Shown here: one piece after another, positions 1 to 10,940 of the stretch
Layout of the letters: every line of letters starts with the position of its first letter
Position numbering within the stretch: the stretch's first letter is position 1
Assembly: GCA_964553255.1 (NCBI GenBank)
Contig: CAZKJS010000002.1
Span: 31,734 to 95,733 of the forward strand
From: an uncultured Erysipelotrichaceae bacterium
GTDB lineage: Bacteria > Bacillota_I > Bacilli_A > Erysipelotrichales > Erysipelotrichaceae
DNA length: 64,000 nucleotides
Direction of reading: 5' to 3'
Position numbers and translations under genes: made by a program
Notes under the pieces: generated by a model
What the model saw: only the letters and a program-made list of their open reading frames with translations
What the model was told of the DNA's origin: nothing
Databases searched by the model: none

Positions 1-2340
1 CACGTCTTTCAGTGAGATTCGAATGACAATTCCTTCATCGGTAATTATCATTAAGTCTTCATCACCATTCACAGCTCTCAATGATACTAATTCACCATTG
101 CGCTCAGTAATGTTAACCGTTTTAACTCCCTTAGCTCCTCTACTAGTCAAGCGGTATTCTTCAAGTGCTGATTTTTTACCATATCCTTTTTTAGTGACAA
201 CTAAAATGTATTTTCCTTCTTGATCAGTTGCCATACCAATAACTTTATTTCCGTCAACATTAAATCCTTTTACCCCACTGGCATTTCTGCCCATTGGTCT
301 AACATCGCTCTCATTAAAGCGGACTGCTTTACCATTACTACCACCAATGATAATCTCATCACTACCAGTTGTTAATTTGACAGTAACTAACTCATCACCA
401 TCTCTTAAGCTTATCGCAATTTTACCAGTTTGCCTGATTGAACTAAATTCAGCCATTGCAACACGCTTAACCAAACCAAGTTGTGTAACAAACATCAAGA
501 ATTTGCTTTCTGCATCTTGGTTATCAGCGATTATTGCTTTGACTTTTTCGTTCTGATCAAGATTTAATAGATTCACCACCGGTATGCCTTTAGCTATCCT
601 TCCGGCATTTGGTACTTGATAACCTTTAATGCGGTAAACTTTACCAAAGTTTGTAAATAACATTAAATGGTCGTGGGTTGACATTTTGATAAATAGATCA
701 ATGACATCATCGCTGTTCACCGTCATTCCTTTTACCCCTTTACCACCACGATTTTGTAAGCGATAAGTATCAGTAGGAATACGCTTGATGTAACCGTTAG
801 CTGTCATACTCACAAATATTTCTTCTTGTGGTATTAAATCTTCATCTTGCATATCAATATCAGCTTCGATTATCTCTGTTCTGCGTTTATCGCTATAACG
901 TTGTTTAACTGCACTAAGTTCATCTTTTATAATAGTTACAACTCTAAAGTGATTCGCAAGAATATCTTTAAGATCAGCGATATCGATTATCAAGCTATCA
1001 TATTCTTCTTCTATCTTTTCTCTTTCAAGTCCAGTTAAGCGTCTAAAACGCATATCTAAAATAGCTTTTGCTTGTATCTCTGATAACTTGAACTCTTCCA
1101 TTAAGCGCGTTTGGGCAACATTATCATCACTTGAACTACGTATTAGATGCAAAATAGCATCAATATTATCTAAAGCAATTTTTAACCCTAATAGTATGTG
1201 TGCTCTTTCTTCAGCTTTCTTTAATAAGAAATCTGTTCTTCTTCTTGTTACATCTATTTGATGTTCAATATAAAGTTGCAACATATCTTTCAAATTCATT
1301 AGTTTCGGTGCAAACTTATCTAGCGCCAACATGTTTACACCAAATGTTGTTTGTAAAGCTGTCATTCGATACAACTGATTTAAGATAACTTCTGCCTGTA
1401 CATCTTTTCGTAACTCGATAACTATTTTTATGCCATCACGATTTGATTCATCTCTTAAGTCAGTAATGCCTTCAACTCTTTTATCACGCACAAGATCAGC
1501 AATCTTTTCAATCAAAGTTGCCTTATTTACTTGATATGGAATTTCAGTGACAATGATCTGTGGTTTACCATTCGCCAATTCTTCAATGGTTATTTTAGCG
1601 CGACAGGTCAAAGATCCTCTTCCGGTTTCATATGCTTGTTTAATTCCAGCTCTTCCTAAAATATAGCCTCCGGTTGGAAAATCGGGTCCACTTATATAGT
1701 TTTCCATTAATTCAAGGGTTGTTATATCTGGGTTTTCCATTACAGCGATTGCTGCATCAATAGTTTCTTGTAGATTGTGAGGTGGAATATTGGTCGCCAT
1801 TCCTACTGCAATCCCTGAAGCACCATTAACTAATAAATTAGGAAAACGTGCAGGAAGTACTTCCGGCTCTTTTTCTTCACCATCATAATTGTCGATAAAA
1901 TCTACAGTATCAAGTTTTAAATCTTTCAATAACTCCATTGCGATTTTTGACATTCGTGCTTCAGTGTAACGCATTGCTGCTGCACCATCACCATCAATAG
2001 AACCAAAGTTACCATGACCATCAACTAATTCATAACGATAAGAAAAACTCTGTGCCATTCTTACCATAGATTCATAAACTGCCGAATCACCATGGGGGTG
2101 ATATTTACCTATTACTTCACCAACGATACGTGCTGATTTTTTATGTGGTTTATCACTATACATACCTAAATCATTCATCGCATATAAAATTCGACGATGT
2201 ACAGGCTTCATTCCATCTCTTACATCAGGTAATGCTCGAGCTACAATGACTGACATTGCATACTCTAAAAACGAAGCTCGCATTTCGCTTGAAATATTTA
2301 TTTGATCAATCTTGCCATGATTGTGTTCTAATTCGTTCAT
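1..2340 (-). CDS. gyrA: DNA gyrase subunit A (C-terminal end cut by window edge)
   Basis: Own translation of the minus strand from the ATG (revcomp of cat 2338-2340): [53 protein letters not shown]...[15 protein letters not shown] (catalytic Tyr region). The frame stays open to position 1. It is absent from the ORF track because there is no stop inside the window. It lies directly downstream of gyrB. Confidence 0.95.
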   Translation of the reverse strand, partial: MNELEHNHGKIDQINISSEMRASFLEYAMSVIVARALPDVRDGMKPVHRRILYAMNDLGMYSDKPHKKSARIVGEVIGKYHPHGDSAVYESMVRMAQSFSYRYELVDGHGNFGSIDGDGAAAMRYTEARMSKIAMELLKDLKLDTVDFIDNYDGEEKEPEVLPARFPNLLVNGASGIAVGMATNIPPHNLQETIDAAIAVMENPDITTLELMENYISGPDFPTGGYILGRAGIKQAYETGRGSLTCRAKITIEELANGKPQIIVTEIPYQVNKATLIEKIADLVRDKRVEGITDLRDESNRDGIKIVIELRKDVQAEVILNQLYRMTALQTTFGVNMLALDKFAPKLMNLKDMLQLYIEHQIDVTRRRTDFLLKKAEERAHILLGLKIALDNIDAILHLIRSSSDDNVAQTRLMEEFKLSEIQAKAILDMRFRRLTGLEREKIEEEYDSLIIDIADLKDILANHFRVVTIIKDELSAVKQRYSDKRRTEIIEADIDMQDEDLIPQEEIFVSMTANGYIKRIPTDTYRLQNRGGKGVKGMTVNSDDVIDLFIKMSTHDHLMLFTNFGKVYRIKGYQVPNAGRIAKGIPVVNLLNLDQNEKVKAIIADNQDAESKFLMFVTQLGLVKRVAMAEFSSIRQTGKIAISLRDGDELVTVKLTTGSDEIIIGGSNGKAVRFNESDVRPMGRNASGVKGFNVDGNKVIGMATDQEGKYILVVTKKGYGKKSALEEYRLTSRGAKGVKTVNITERNGELVSLRAVNGDEDLMIITDEGIVIRISLKDV

Positions 2341-2352
2341 CTTTGCACCCCC

Positions 2353-4278
<1,926 letters not shown>

Positions 4279-5379
4279 TTATACCATCTCCTTCATGTCT
4301 ATGATCTTTCCCTGATTGATATGAAACAATCTTGTTTTAGTGGGAAGAAATATCTTTATATCTTCAATATCGGTTGTTGTGATGATTGTTTGTGCTTGTA
4401 GAGGTAGAGCCATCAACAATGCTTTACGCCTTTTAGCGTCTAACTCTGACAACACATCATCTAATAATAATACGGGATAAGAATGTTTTTTATCATAGAT
4501 ATAATTGATCAAAGCGATCTTTAACGCTAATACGATCATTCTTTTCTGCCCTTGTGATGCAAAATTAGCAACTACATCATCATTGATGTAAAAAACCAAA
4601 TCATCCTTATGGATACCTACTATTGTTTGTTTTTGTTGTTTATCTCGTAAAAGGTATTGTTGATAACGCTTTGTTAACACGGTCTCAATATCAATCATTT
4701 CTTCAACCGGCTTTAAGTAAACAATCTTAATCACATCTTCTTTACCAGCTATCTGTTGATAAGTTTCAGTTATTCTTAGGTTTAGTTCATCTACAAATGT
4801 TTGTCTTTCTTTGATCAAATATAACTGTGCTTGGATTAGTTGCTGAGTTAAAACCGCTAGGTAAGTGTCGTCTTTAACATCGGTCTTAAGAAAATTATTA
4901 CGCTCCTTTAACGTCTTTTGGTATTGATTAAGCTTTATCATGTATTCTCTATTTATCTTGCCAATCTCAAGATCACACAATTTACGACGTATACGTGGTG
5001 CACCATCAAACAGTTGAAGATCATCAGGTACAAACACAACCGCATTTAGAACACCGATAAATTCACTTGCTTTTCTAACCATTTGTTTTTGGATAGCTAA
5101 GTTTTTTCCTGCCTTAAATATTTGAGCAAACAATTGCAAAGTCGACTCATTCTCTTTTATCACACAAAATATCTGTGCTCTTTCACTATCTTTTAAGATC
5201 AAATCTTGATCATTGTTTGTACGAAAGGATCTTGTGGCACTTACAAAAGCGATGCTTTCCAATAGGTTTGTTTTGCCTTGAGCGTTATCACCAACAAAAA
5301 CATTGATAGCTGATGAAAGTTTGATCTCACAGTTTTGATAGTTACGAAAGTTACGTAACTTTAAGCTTTCAATTATCAT
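4279..5379 (-). CDS. recF: DNA replication and repair protein RecF
   Basis: 366 aa. FRNY start and Walker A (GDNAQGKTNLLESI), SMC-like signature region and Walker B (LLLDDVLSELD). The stop abuts the gyrB ATG. Confidence 0.93.
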   Translation of the reverse strand: MIIESLKLRNFRNYQNCEIKLSSAINVFVGDNAQGKTNLLESIAFVSATRSFRTNNDQDLILKDSERAQIFCVIKENESTLQLFAQIFKAGKNLAIQKQMVRKASEFIGVLNAVVFVPDDLQLFDGAPRIRRKLCDLEIGKINREYMIKLNQYQKTLKERNNFLKTDVKDDTYLAVLTQQLIQAQLYLIKERQTFVDELNLRITETYQQIAGKEDVIKIVYLKPVEEMIDIETVLTKRYQQYLLRDKQQKQTIVGIHKDDLVFYINDDVVANFASQGQKRMIVLALKIALINYIYDKKHSYPVLLLDDVLSELDAKRRKALLMALPLQAQTIITTTDIEDIKIFLPTKTRLFHINQGKIIDMKEMV

Positions 5380-5579
5380 TTGCCTATTTTAAAAATCTTG
5401 CCTTCAATATTAACCTCATCACCGGCATACAATTTACGACCTCTACGATCTTCTTTAACGTTATTAACACTTATTTTAAGTGTCTTGACAAGTAGTTTAG
5501 CTTCTCCGCCCGATGAGGCTATATCAACCATTTTCAACAGTTGTTGCAAGGTTATATATTCAGATGTGATTTTAATCAT
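5376..5579 (-). CDS. yaaA: S4-domain RNA-binding protein YaaA-like
   Basis: 67 aa small S4-like protein in the conserved position between dnaN and recF. It overlaps the recF start by 4 nt. Confidence 0.8.
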   Translation of the reverse strand: MIKITSEYITLQQLLKMVDIASSGGEAKLLVKTLKISVNNVKEDRRGRKLYAGDEVNIEGKIFKIGK

Positions 5580-5614
5580 TGTGTGCCTTTCTTGTGTTGT
5601 TAAGAGACATTAAT

Positions 5615-5623
5615 ATTATAACA
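5615..5623 (-). promoter_or_regulatory. extended -10 promoter element TGTTATAAT upstream of yaaA-recF-gyrBA
   Basis: The minus strand reads TGTTATAAT about 35 nt upstream of the yaaA ATG, immediately after the dnaN terminator. Confidence 0.45.
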
Positions 5624-5656
5624 TAAAAACCACCCTAATGAAAGTTTTGGGTGGTT
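5624..5656 (-). terminator. rho-independent terminator after dnaN
   Basis: 8-bp GC-containing stem, aaccaccc (5628-5635) with gggtggtt (5649-5656), and a 13-nt loop. On the minus strand the stem runs into TTTTT. Confidence 0.5.
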
Positions 5657-5719
5657 AATGATTAATGATTAATTGGTCTTGTTTTGTGGTTTAGAATAAA
5701 CCTAACACGCCAAGAAAGG

Positions 5720-6859
5720 CTAATTATAAGTGCGAACAGGCAACACCAACTGAAGAACGCTGTTGTCGTCTGTGTTCTGTACGATAAACGGCTTCATATC
5801 ACCACTGAAAGATATCTTGACAACCGTCCCTCCCAACACTCTTATAGCACCTAGAACATATCTACTACTAAATGATATTTCAATTGGTTCACCACTATAA
5901 GAAATTGTGTCAATCTTTTCAACTGAAGAACCAACCTCTTGTGATTTTGTAGATATATATACCTCATCACTATTAGCTGAAAGTTTAACGATTGATATAC
6001 CGTCGCTTTTAATAAATTGTGCTCTATCTATCGCATTTAGTATGTCCCGCGCATCAACAACCAACTCATGTTTAAACTCTGTAGGTATCAATCTATTTGT
6101 TTCTGGGTAAGTACCATCAATTAGTCGGGTTTGGATAACAGTGTCCTCAATCCAAAATTGTGCCTTTTTATCAGAAACAGCAATAAGTATCTTTTCATCT
6201 TTTTCAAAGATGCGTGATAACTCATTTGAGCTCTTACCAACTTCATTTAAGCTTTTAGCTGGTATTGTTATATTAAATTTATTTTCCGTGTCTAAAGTAA
6301 CAACTTTACGCGCTAAACGATAGCTATCTGTAGCAACACACTCAAGTTCAATGCCATCACACTTAAAATTGACACCGGTTAAAACCGGTCTTGTTTCTTT
6401 GTCGCTTGCCGCAAAACAAGTTTGCGTTATTATCTTCATTAAAACATCAGCTTCCAGTTTAAATTGATTAGCTGGTTGTGAAAAATCAATAGCTGGATAA
6501 TCATCAACATTCATACCATTTAATTTAAACTCAGCTGCTTGCCAGCTAAACTTAGTTAAAGTACCATCAATTGTTTCAATTTCAATTTCATCAGCATCTA
6601 TCTTTCTTACAAGTTCTAAGATATTACGAGCTTCAATAACAACGGCTCCCGATTCTTTGATATCAAGTAAAAAATCAGAACCCTTCTTGATTGTTTTTTT
6701 GATTGATATATCAGCATCACTGCCAGTCAAACAAATCTCGTCTTCTTTAACTTCAATTTTGATACCAGATAATAACGGTAACGGTGAGTTCGCCGAGATC
6801 GCTCTTGCTACAGTTGATAAAGCTCCATAAAATTCTTTTTTGGATATTTTGAAATACAC
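5720..6859 (-). CDS. dnaN: DNA polymerase III beta sliding clamp
   Basis: 379 aa. Typical three-domain clamp sequence (MYFKISKKEFYGALSTVARAIS..., C-terminal LVLPVRTYN). GTG start preceded by GGAGG. Located downstream of dnaA. Confidence 0.95.
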   Translation of the reverse strand: MYFKISKKEFYGALSTVARAISANSPLPLLSGIKIEVKEDEICLTGSDADISIKKTIKKGSDFLLDIKESGAVVIEARNILELVRKIDADEIEIETIDGTLTKFSWQAAEFKLNGMNVDDYPAIDFSQPANQFKLEADVLMKIITQTCFAASDKETRPVLTGVNFKCDGIELECVATDSYRLARKVVTLDTENKFNITIPAKSLNEVGKSSNELSRIFEKDEKILIAVSDKKAQFWIEDTVIQTRLIDGTYPETNRLIPTEFKHELVVDARDILNAIDRAQFIKSDGISIVKLSANSDEVYISTKSQEVGSSVEKIDTISYSGEPIEISFSSRYVLGAIRVLGGTVVKISFSGDMKPFIVQNTDDNSVLQLVLPVRTYN

Positions 6860-7006
6860 GCGGGGTATCCTCCTTTATTTATCAATACTGATTAACTTAA
6901 TAACAATAAGGAATGTGGGTAATGCGGATAAGTGTCATAAAAGCACCTATTCTCCTTATATTTTACCACTTTTTAATGTTAATTAAAAGTGAATAAATGT
7001 GGATGA
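6860..7006. other. oriC part 2: DnaA-box cluster in the dnaA-dnaN spacer
   Basis: Abutting tandem boxes TGTGGGTAA (6914-6922) and TGCGGATAA (6923-6931), plus TGTGGATGA (6998-7006). Each is one mismatch from TGTGGATAA (revcomp of TTATCCACA). AT-rich sequence lies between them. Confidence 0.6.
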
Positions 7007-8365
7007 TCAATCATTAAACAAAAGTTTTTCAATATCTTTTATCGCTAAATTTAAAGCGATATCACTCTTTAATTTCTTCTCAATTTTACGGCAAGCATTC
7101 ATTACCGTTGAGTGATCTCTTTTACCAAACTCATCACCAATTTTCATATAGGGAACATCTAAATGTTTACGACACAGATACATAGCGATATGTCTAGCGT
7201 CAGTGATGTTTTTCGTCTTGGTCTTTGACACCAATTGTTGTTTTGTTAATCCATAGTATTCGTTAATGCATTTTTTAATCCGATTAATTGTTAACTCGTC
7301 TTTTTGAGTTATCTCAACATCGTCTTTGAACGCTTCCATAGCTAACTTAAAATCAATCTCTTTATTATCACCATATTGAATGGAAAAGAAAATCAAACGA
7401 TTAAGAGCCCCTTCCAAACGACGTACGTCTTGGGAGTAATTAGTCGCGATATATGTTAATACATCTTCGTTGATTGATGAACAATCAATGCTACGATTTG
7501 ACAGTTTTACCTTAAGTATCTTTAATGCTGTTTCAAACTCAGGAGAATCTATACCAAAAATCAAACCATTAGAAAAACGACTAACTAAACGCTCTTCTAA
7601 TCCTTTGATCTCACGTGGTTTATGATCACTGGTCAAGACAATACTTTTTTTGTTTTTGTGTAGTTCATTAAAAATATTGAATAGTATTTCGTGGGTTTTT
7701 TCTTTGTTTCCTGCTAAAAACTGAATGTCGTCCAACAATAACACATCAAGAGCTTTTAATCTTTCTTTAAAATCATCTAAAGAATTACTTTTAGCAGCGT
7801 TATAAACACCAGTTATAAATTGATCACTAGTCATGTAAAGAACATTCATCTCTGGAGAATTATTCTTCACATAATTACCAATCGAGTGAAGCAAGTGCGT
7901 TTTTCCAAGACCAGAATTACCATAGATAAATAAAGGCGAATAAAGAAAGTTGTGAGGGTTGTAAGCACAAGCTAAAGCAGCAGAGTAACATTCTTTATTT
8001 GATTGCCCAACTACGAAATTCTCAAAAGTGAAGTCGGCAATAATGTTGTCTTTAAGTTCAAAATTTGGTTTTACATTATTGTTACTATATTTAAACTCAT
8101 TGATATCGTCTTGTATTAAAATATTACATGCGACTTCAAAACCAATGACTTCTTTTAAGCATTCTTCTATGCGCCAAGCCTCTTGATCCAGTATCGCTTT
8201 TTGTAATTTGGTTAAAACAACAACGATCGCAGCCTCTTTATTTAATTTATATAAACGGGTTTCTTCGAAATATGTATTAAAGACAACGCTATCAAAATAA
8301 TCTTTGTGTAGTAAGACTTGTTTTGTCTGGTTCCATATTTCATTAAGATTTAATGTGGTATCCAA
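7007..8365 (-). CDS. dnaA: chromosomal replication initiator DnaA
   Basis: 452 aa. AAA+ Walker A (GNSGLGKTHLLHSIG), Walker B (LLLDDIQFL) and C-terminal DnaA-box-binding domain (ITDARHIAMYLCRK...DHSTVMNACRKIE). TTG start. Confidence 0.97.
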   Translation of the reverse strand: MDTTLNLNEIWNQTKQVLLHKDYFDSVVFNTYFEETRLYKLNKEAAIVVVLTKLQKAILDQEAWRIEECLKEVIGFEVACNILIQDDINEFKYSNNNVKPNFELKDNIIADFTFENFVVGQSNKECYSAALACAYNPHNFLYSPLFIYGNSGLGKTHLLHSIGNYVKNNSPEMNVLYMTSDQFITGVYNAAKSNSLDDFKERLKALDVLLLDDIQFLAGNKEKTHEILFNIFNELHKNKKSIVLTSDHKPREIKGLEERLVSRFSNGLIFGIDSPEFETALKILKVKLSNRSIDCSSINEDVLTYIATNYSQDVRRLEGALNRLIFFSIQYGDNKEIDFKLAMEAFKDDVEITQKDELTINRIKKCINEYYGLTKQQLVSKTKTKNITDARHIAMYLCRKHLDVPYMKIGDEFGKRDHSTVMNACRKIEKKLKSDIALNLAIKDIEKLLFND

Positions 8366-8439
8366 AGTGCAACATCCCTTCAGTAATTATAATACTAAAC
8401 CATTGTATAGTTAATTTCTATATGAAAAAACATGAAACA

Positions 8440-8700
8440 AAGTTATCAACATTCAATCACCAACTAAATAGCTTTATATATAAAGGATATATAGAGATTT
8501 AGCCACTTATCAACAACTTTACAAATGTGGAAAAAATGTGGAATTCTTATGTGGATAACTTTGATTGTGGACTGTGGGGTTAATGTTGTGGAAAACGTTT
8601 ACAATCCACAACACACTGTGGATAAAAAAACGTTGATTATAAGGAATAATTTATAATAATCCCTATAATCAACAATGATCTATCCCCAAATCAATTCCAT
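8440..8700. other. oriC part 1: DnaA-box array between dnaA and rpmH
   Basis: Two perfect boxes TGTGGATAA (8550-8558, 8617-8625). One-mismatch boxes: TTATCAACA (8443-8451, 8507-8515) and TGTGGAAAA (8526-8534, 8587-8595). Weaker boxes: TGTGGAATT (8537-8545) and CAATCCACA (8602-8610). An AT-rich tract follows at 8626-8690. Confidence 0.8.
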
Positions 8701-8765
8701 TGTGTAAACAATGGTGGTTATCTTTAAATCGTTATTTTAAGCGCTTTTATGGTAAAAGGTTTTGT

Positions 8766-8794
8766 TTGACTTATGCTATTTAATCGGCTATAAT
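8766..8794 (+). promoter_or_regulatory. sigma-A type promoter of rpmH
   Basis: TTGACT (8766-8771), 17-nt spacer, TATAAT (8789-8794), about 50 nt upstream of the rpmH GTG. Confidence 0.6.
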
Positions 8795-8845
8795 CATAAA
8801 GCAATTGCTCAATTTGTATCAACAAAAAAGTAGGAGGTGGCTTTT

Positions 8846-8980
8846 GTGAAAAGAACATATCAACCGAGCAAAAGGAAACACCAAAAAGTCCACGGATTCA
8901 GATCTCGTATGAAATCAGTTGGAGGTCGTAAAGTGTTAGCCCGTCGTCGCGCCAAAGGCAGAAAGGTGTTGTCGGCATAA
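8846..8980 (+). CDS. rpmH: 50S ribosomal protein L34
   Basis: Not in the ORF track (44 aa, GTG start). Own translation: (M)[49 protein letters not shown] lies 7 nt upstream. Confidence 0.95.
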   Translation: MKRTYQPSKRKHQKVHGFRSRMKSVGGRKVLARRRAKGRKVLSA

Positions 8981-8982
8981 TC

Positions 8983-9006
8983 AAGTCACCTTAGGTGGCT
9001 TTTTTT
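8983..9006 (+). terminator. stem-loop plus T-tract between rpmH and rnpA
   Basis: aagtcacc (8983-8990) pairs with ggtggctt (8994-9001): 8 bp including one G-U, loop tta, followed by a T run to 9006. Confidence 0.6.
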
Positions 9007-9010
9007 CACT

Positions 9011-9388
9011 ATGCGTAAGATCAATCGAATAAAAAGAAATGAAGATTTCCAAAAACTCATCAGTTTAAGACAATATGTCTCAAATCCGACTTTTGTAATC
9101 TATTACCAAAAAGGAAAAACTGATGTCTTTCGTGGTGGTATCTCGGTTGGAAAGAAGCTAGGGAATGCGGTTAAACGTAACAAGATCAAGCGTCAAATGC
9201 GAATGATGTTAATAGATTTGATAGATGTTAGTACAGCTGTTGATTTAGTTATAATCGTTCGTAAACCATATTTAAGCAAAAAATTTGCAGAAAATAGAAA
9301 AGACTTGTTACAACTGTTGAAAAAAGTTAAAATAAGTGAGAACGGTATCTTAATCGAGAAGGAGATTTTAGATGAAAAGATTTATTAA
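9011..9388 (+). CDS. rnpA: ribonuclease P protein component
   Basis: 125 aa basic protein (RIKRNEDFQKL..., GNAVKRNKIKRQMR) in the conserved position after rpmH. Confidence 0.9.
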   Translation: MRKINRIKRNEDFQKLISLRQYVSNPTFVIYYQKGKTDVFRGGISVGKKLGNAVKRNKIKRQMRMMLIDLIDVSTAVDLVIIVRKPYLSKKFAENRKDLLQLLKKVKISENGILIEKEILDEKIY

Positions 9389-10259
9389 AAACAGGAAATA
9401 CATACTGTTAGCAATACTATTAATATTGCTTGCCGGTTGTACCAGAGTAATCGATTCTGAAGGCAAGGTTATTGCTGAAAAGATAATTTACACTACAACG
9501 ACATTCGCTGATATGTTTTCCGAAAGTTGGTTCACAGCAATATTTGTTTATCCACTTGCTCAAGTCATTAATCTATTGACCCCATCAGTAGGTGTGGTCA
9601 TGGCCATCGTTGTTTGTACGGTTTTGGTTAATTTGATCACATTACCCATTACTGCTAAATCAACAGCGAGTTCCCAAAAAATGCAAATGATTCAGCCAGA
9701 AATGGACAAAATTAACAAGAAGTATGAAGGTAAAACTGATGAGCGTTCTCGTTTAATGCAGTCACAAGAAGTTACAGGTTTGTACAAGAAGTATGATATC
9801 AATATTGTTTCAACATTACTTGGAACATTTATCACTTTCCCTATTATTATTGCAATGTGGCAAGCAGTTCAAAGATCATATGCTGTTGCAACAGGAACCT
9901 TTATGGGTGTTGATCTTCAAGTGTCACCCTTGGCAGGACTAAAATTAGGTGGAGCAGCAGTATTGATTTATGTGTCGTTTTATCTATTAATGGGTGTATC
10001 CCAGTATGTTTCAATTAGTTTGCCAAAATGGCTTGCTAAGAAAAAGAATAAAGAAGACCATAAGATTCGCTCATATGATAAGCCTGTAGCTAAAAAGACA
10101 GCCTCACCTGAAGTTATGACTTATTCAATGTTAGCGTTAATCATGTTCATGGGTGCTACATGGCCTACTGCTATGTCTGTATATTGGTTAGTTAACTCAG
10201 CGGTAATGATCGTTAAAACGCTATGGGTACAAAAAGGCTTAAATAAAACGGGGCTTTAA
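9372..10259 (+). CDS. yidC: membrane protein insertase YidC/SpoIIIJ family (lipoprotein)
   Basis: 295 aa. Lipobox LLAGC near the N-terminus, multi-TM 60-kDa-IMP core and basic C-terminal tail. Located after rnpA. Confidence 0.9.
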   Translation: MKRFIKNRKYILLAILLILLAGCTRVIDSEGKVIAEKIIYTTTTFADMFSESWFTAIFVYPLAQVINLLTPSVGVVMAIVVCTVLVNLITLPITAKSTASSQKMQMIQPEMDKINKKYEGKTDERSRLMQSQEVTGLYKKYDINIVSTLLGTFITFPIIIAMWQAVQRSYAVATGTFMGVDLQVSPLAGLKLGGAAVLIYVSFYLLMGVSQYVSISLPKWLAKKKNKEDHKIRSYDKPVAKKTASPEVMTYSMLALIMFMGATWPTAMSVYWLVNSAVMIVKTLWVQKGLNKTGL

Positions 10260-10260
10260 A

Positions 10261-10875
10261 ATGGATAAGTTCAGCGCAAAAAACCTTGAAGAATTATTAG
10301 CTTTAGCAGCGACCGCTAAAAATGTTAGCGTTGCTGATTTGAGCTACTTTATTACCGAAGAGAAAAAAGGCTTTCTTGGGCTTGGTAATCAAATAACTGC
10401 TGAGGTATATTGTATGAATGATGTTCAGCAGTTCATCGCAGATTATCTAAAAACGTTTTTCTCAGGCTTGAATATCACAGCTGAGATTGATGTGGACAGA
10501 GAAGATGATGCTTTTAAAGTAATGCTAAACGCTGAAAATAACGCGGTAATAATTGGTAAAAACGGACAAACGCTACAAGCAATAAACACTGTTGTAAAAG
10601 GTGCAACTAATTCGGCATTTAAACATCGTTTTAAGATATTGATTGATATCAATAATTATAAAACAGATCGCTATGACAAAGTTAAAGCAGTCGCATATCG
10701 AGTTGCTAGTAGTGTACAAAAAACGAAGATTAGTGCTGTCTTAGATCCTATACCTAATGATGAGCGTCGAATTATTCATAACTACTTAAGTGCGTTTAAA
10801 AACATTCGCACCGAAAGCGAGGGCGAAGGTAGAGACAGAAGAATTCGAATCATATACGACGAAAACAAGAAATAA
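10261..10875 (+). CDS. jag: Jag/KhpB RNA-binding protein (Jag_N, KH, R3H)
   Basis: 204 aa. KH-like IIGKNGQTLQAIN and an R3H region (ERRIIHNYL). Located downstream of yidC. Confidence 0.85.
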   Translation: MDKFSAKNLEELLALAATAKNVSVADLSYFITEEKKGFLGLGNQITAEVYCMNDVQQFIADYLKTFFSGLNITAEIDVDREDDAFKVMLNAENNAVIIGKNGQTLQAINTVVKGATNSAFKHRFKILIDINNYKTDRYDKVKAVAYRVASSVQKTKISAVLDPIPNDERRIIHNYLSAFKNIRTESEGEGRDRRIRIIYDENKK

Positions 10876-10897
10876 CGAGCAATCGTTATTTCTTATT
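10870..10897 (+). terminator. weak stem-loop after jag
   Basis: aataacga (10871-10878) pairs with tcgttatt (10883-10890), loop gcaa. The following T-tract is interrupted. Confidence 0.4.
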
Positions 10898-10940
10898 AAA
10901 TAAGCAAGCAATAATGTATAATTGTTTTAATGGAGGCAGT

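Noticed and set aside
8635-8649. Trio-like triplets GAT TAT AAG GAA TAA and the AT-rich tract after the perfect DnaA box at 8617-8625, considered as a possible DUE.
   Set aside because: They lie 3' of the box on the TGTGG-reading strand. As I recall it, this is the opposite side from the B. subtilis trio arrangement. The dnaA-dnaN spacer fits better. I keep it only as an alternative to be tested.
10914-10940. N-terminal extensions proposed by the ORF track for pth (10914), the ABC ATPase (18493), the Opu SBP (21242), busR (24195), noc (47674), GH1 (52551), nanE (58790) and the phosphatase (61211).
   Set aside because: In each case an internal start has a properly spaced SD and matches the conserved protein N-terminus. 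The longer form overlaps the upstream gene or a promoter element.
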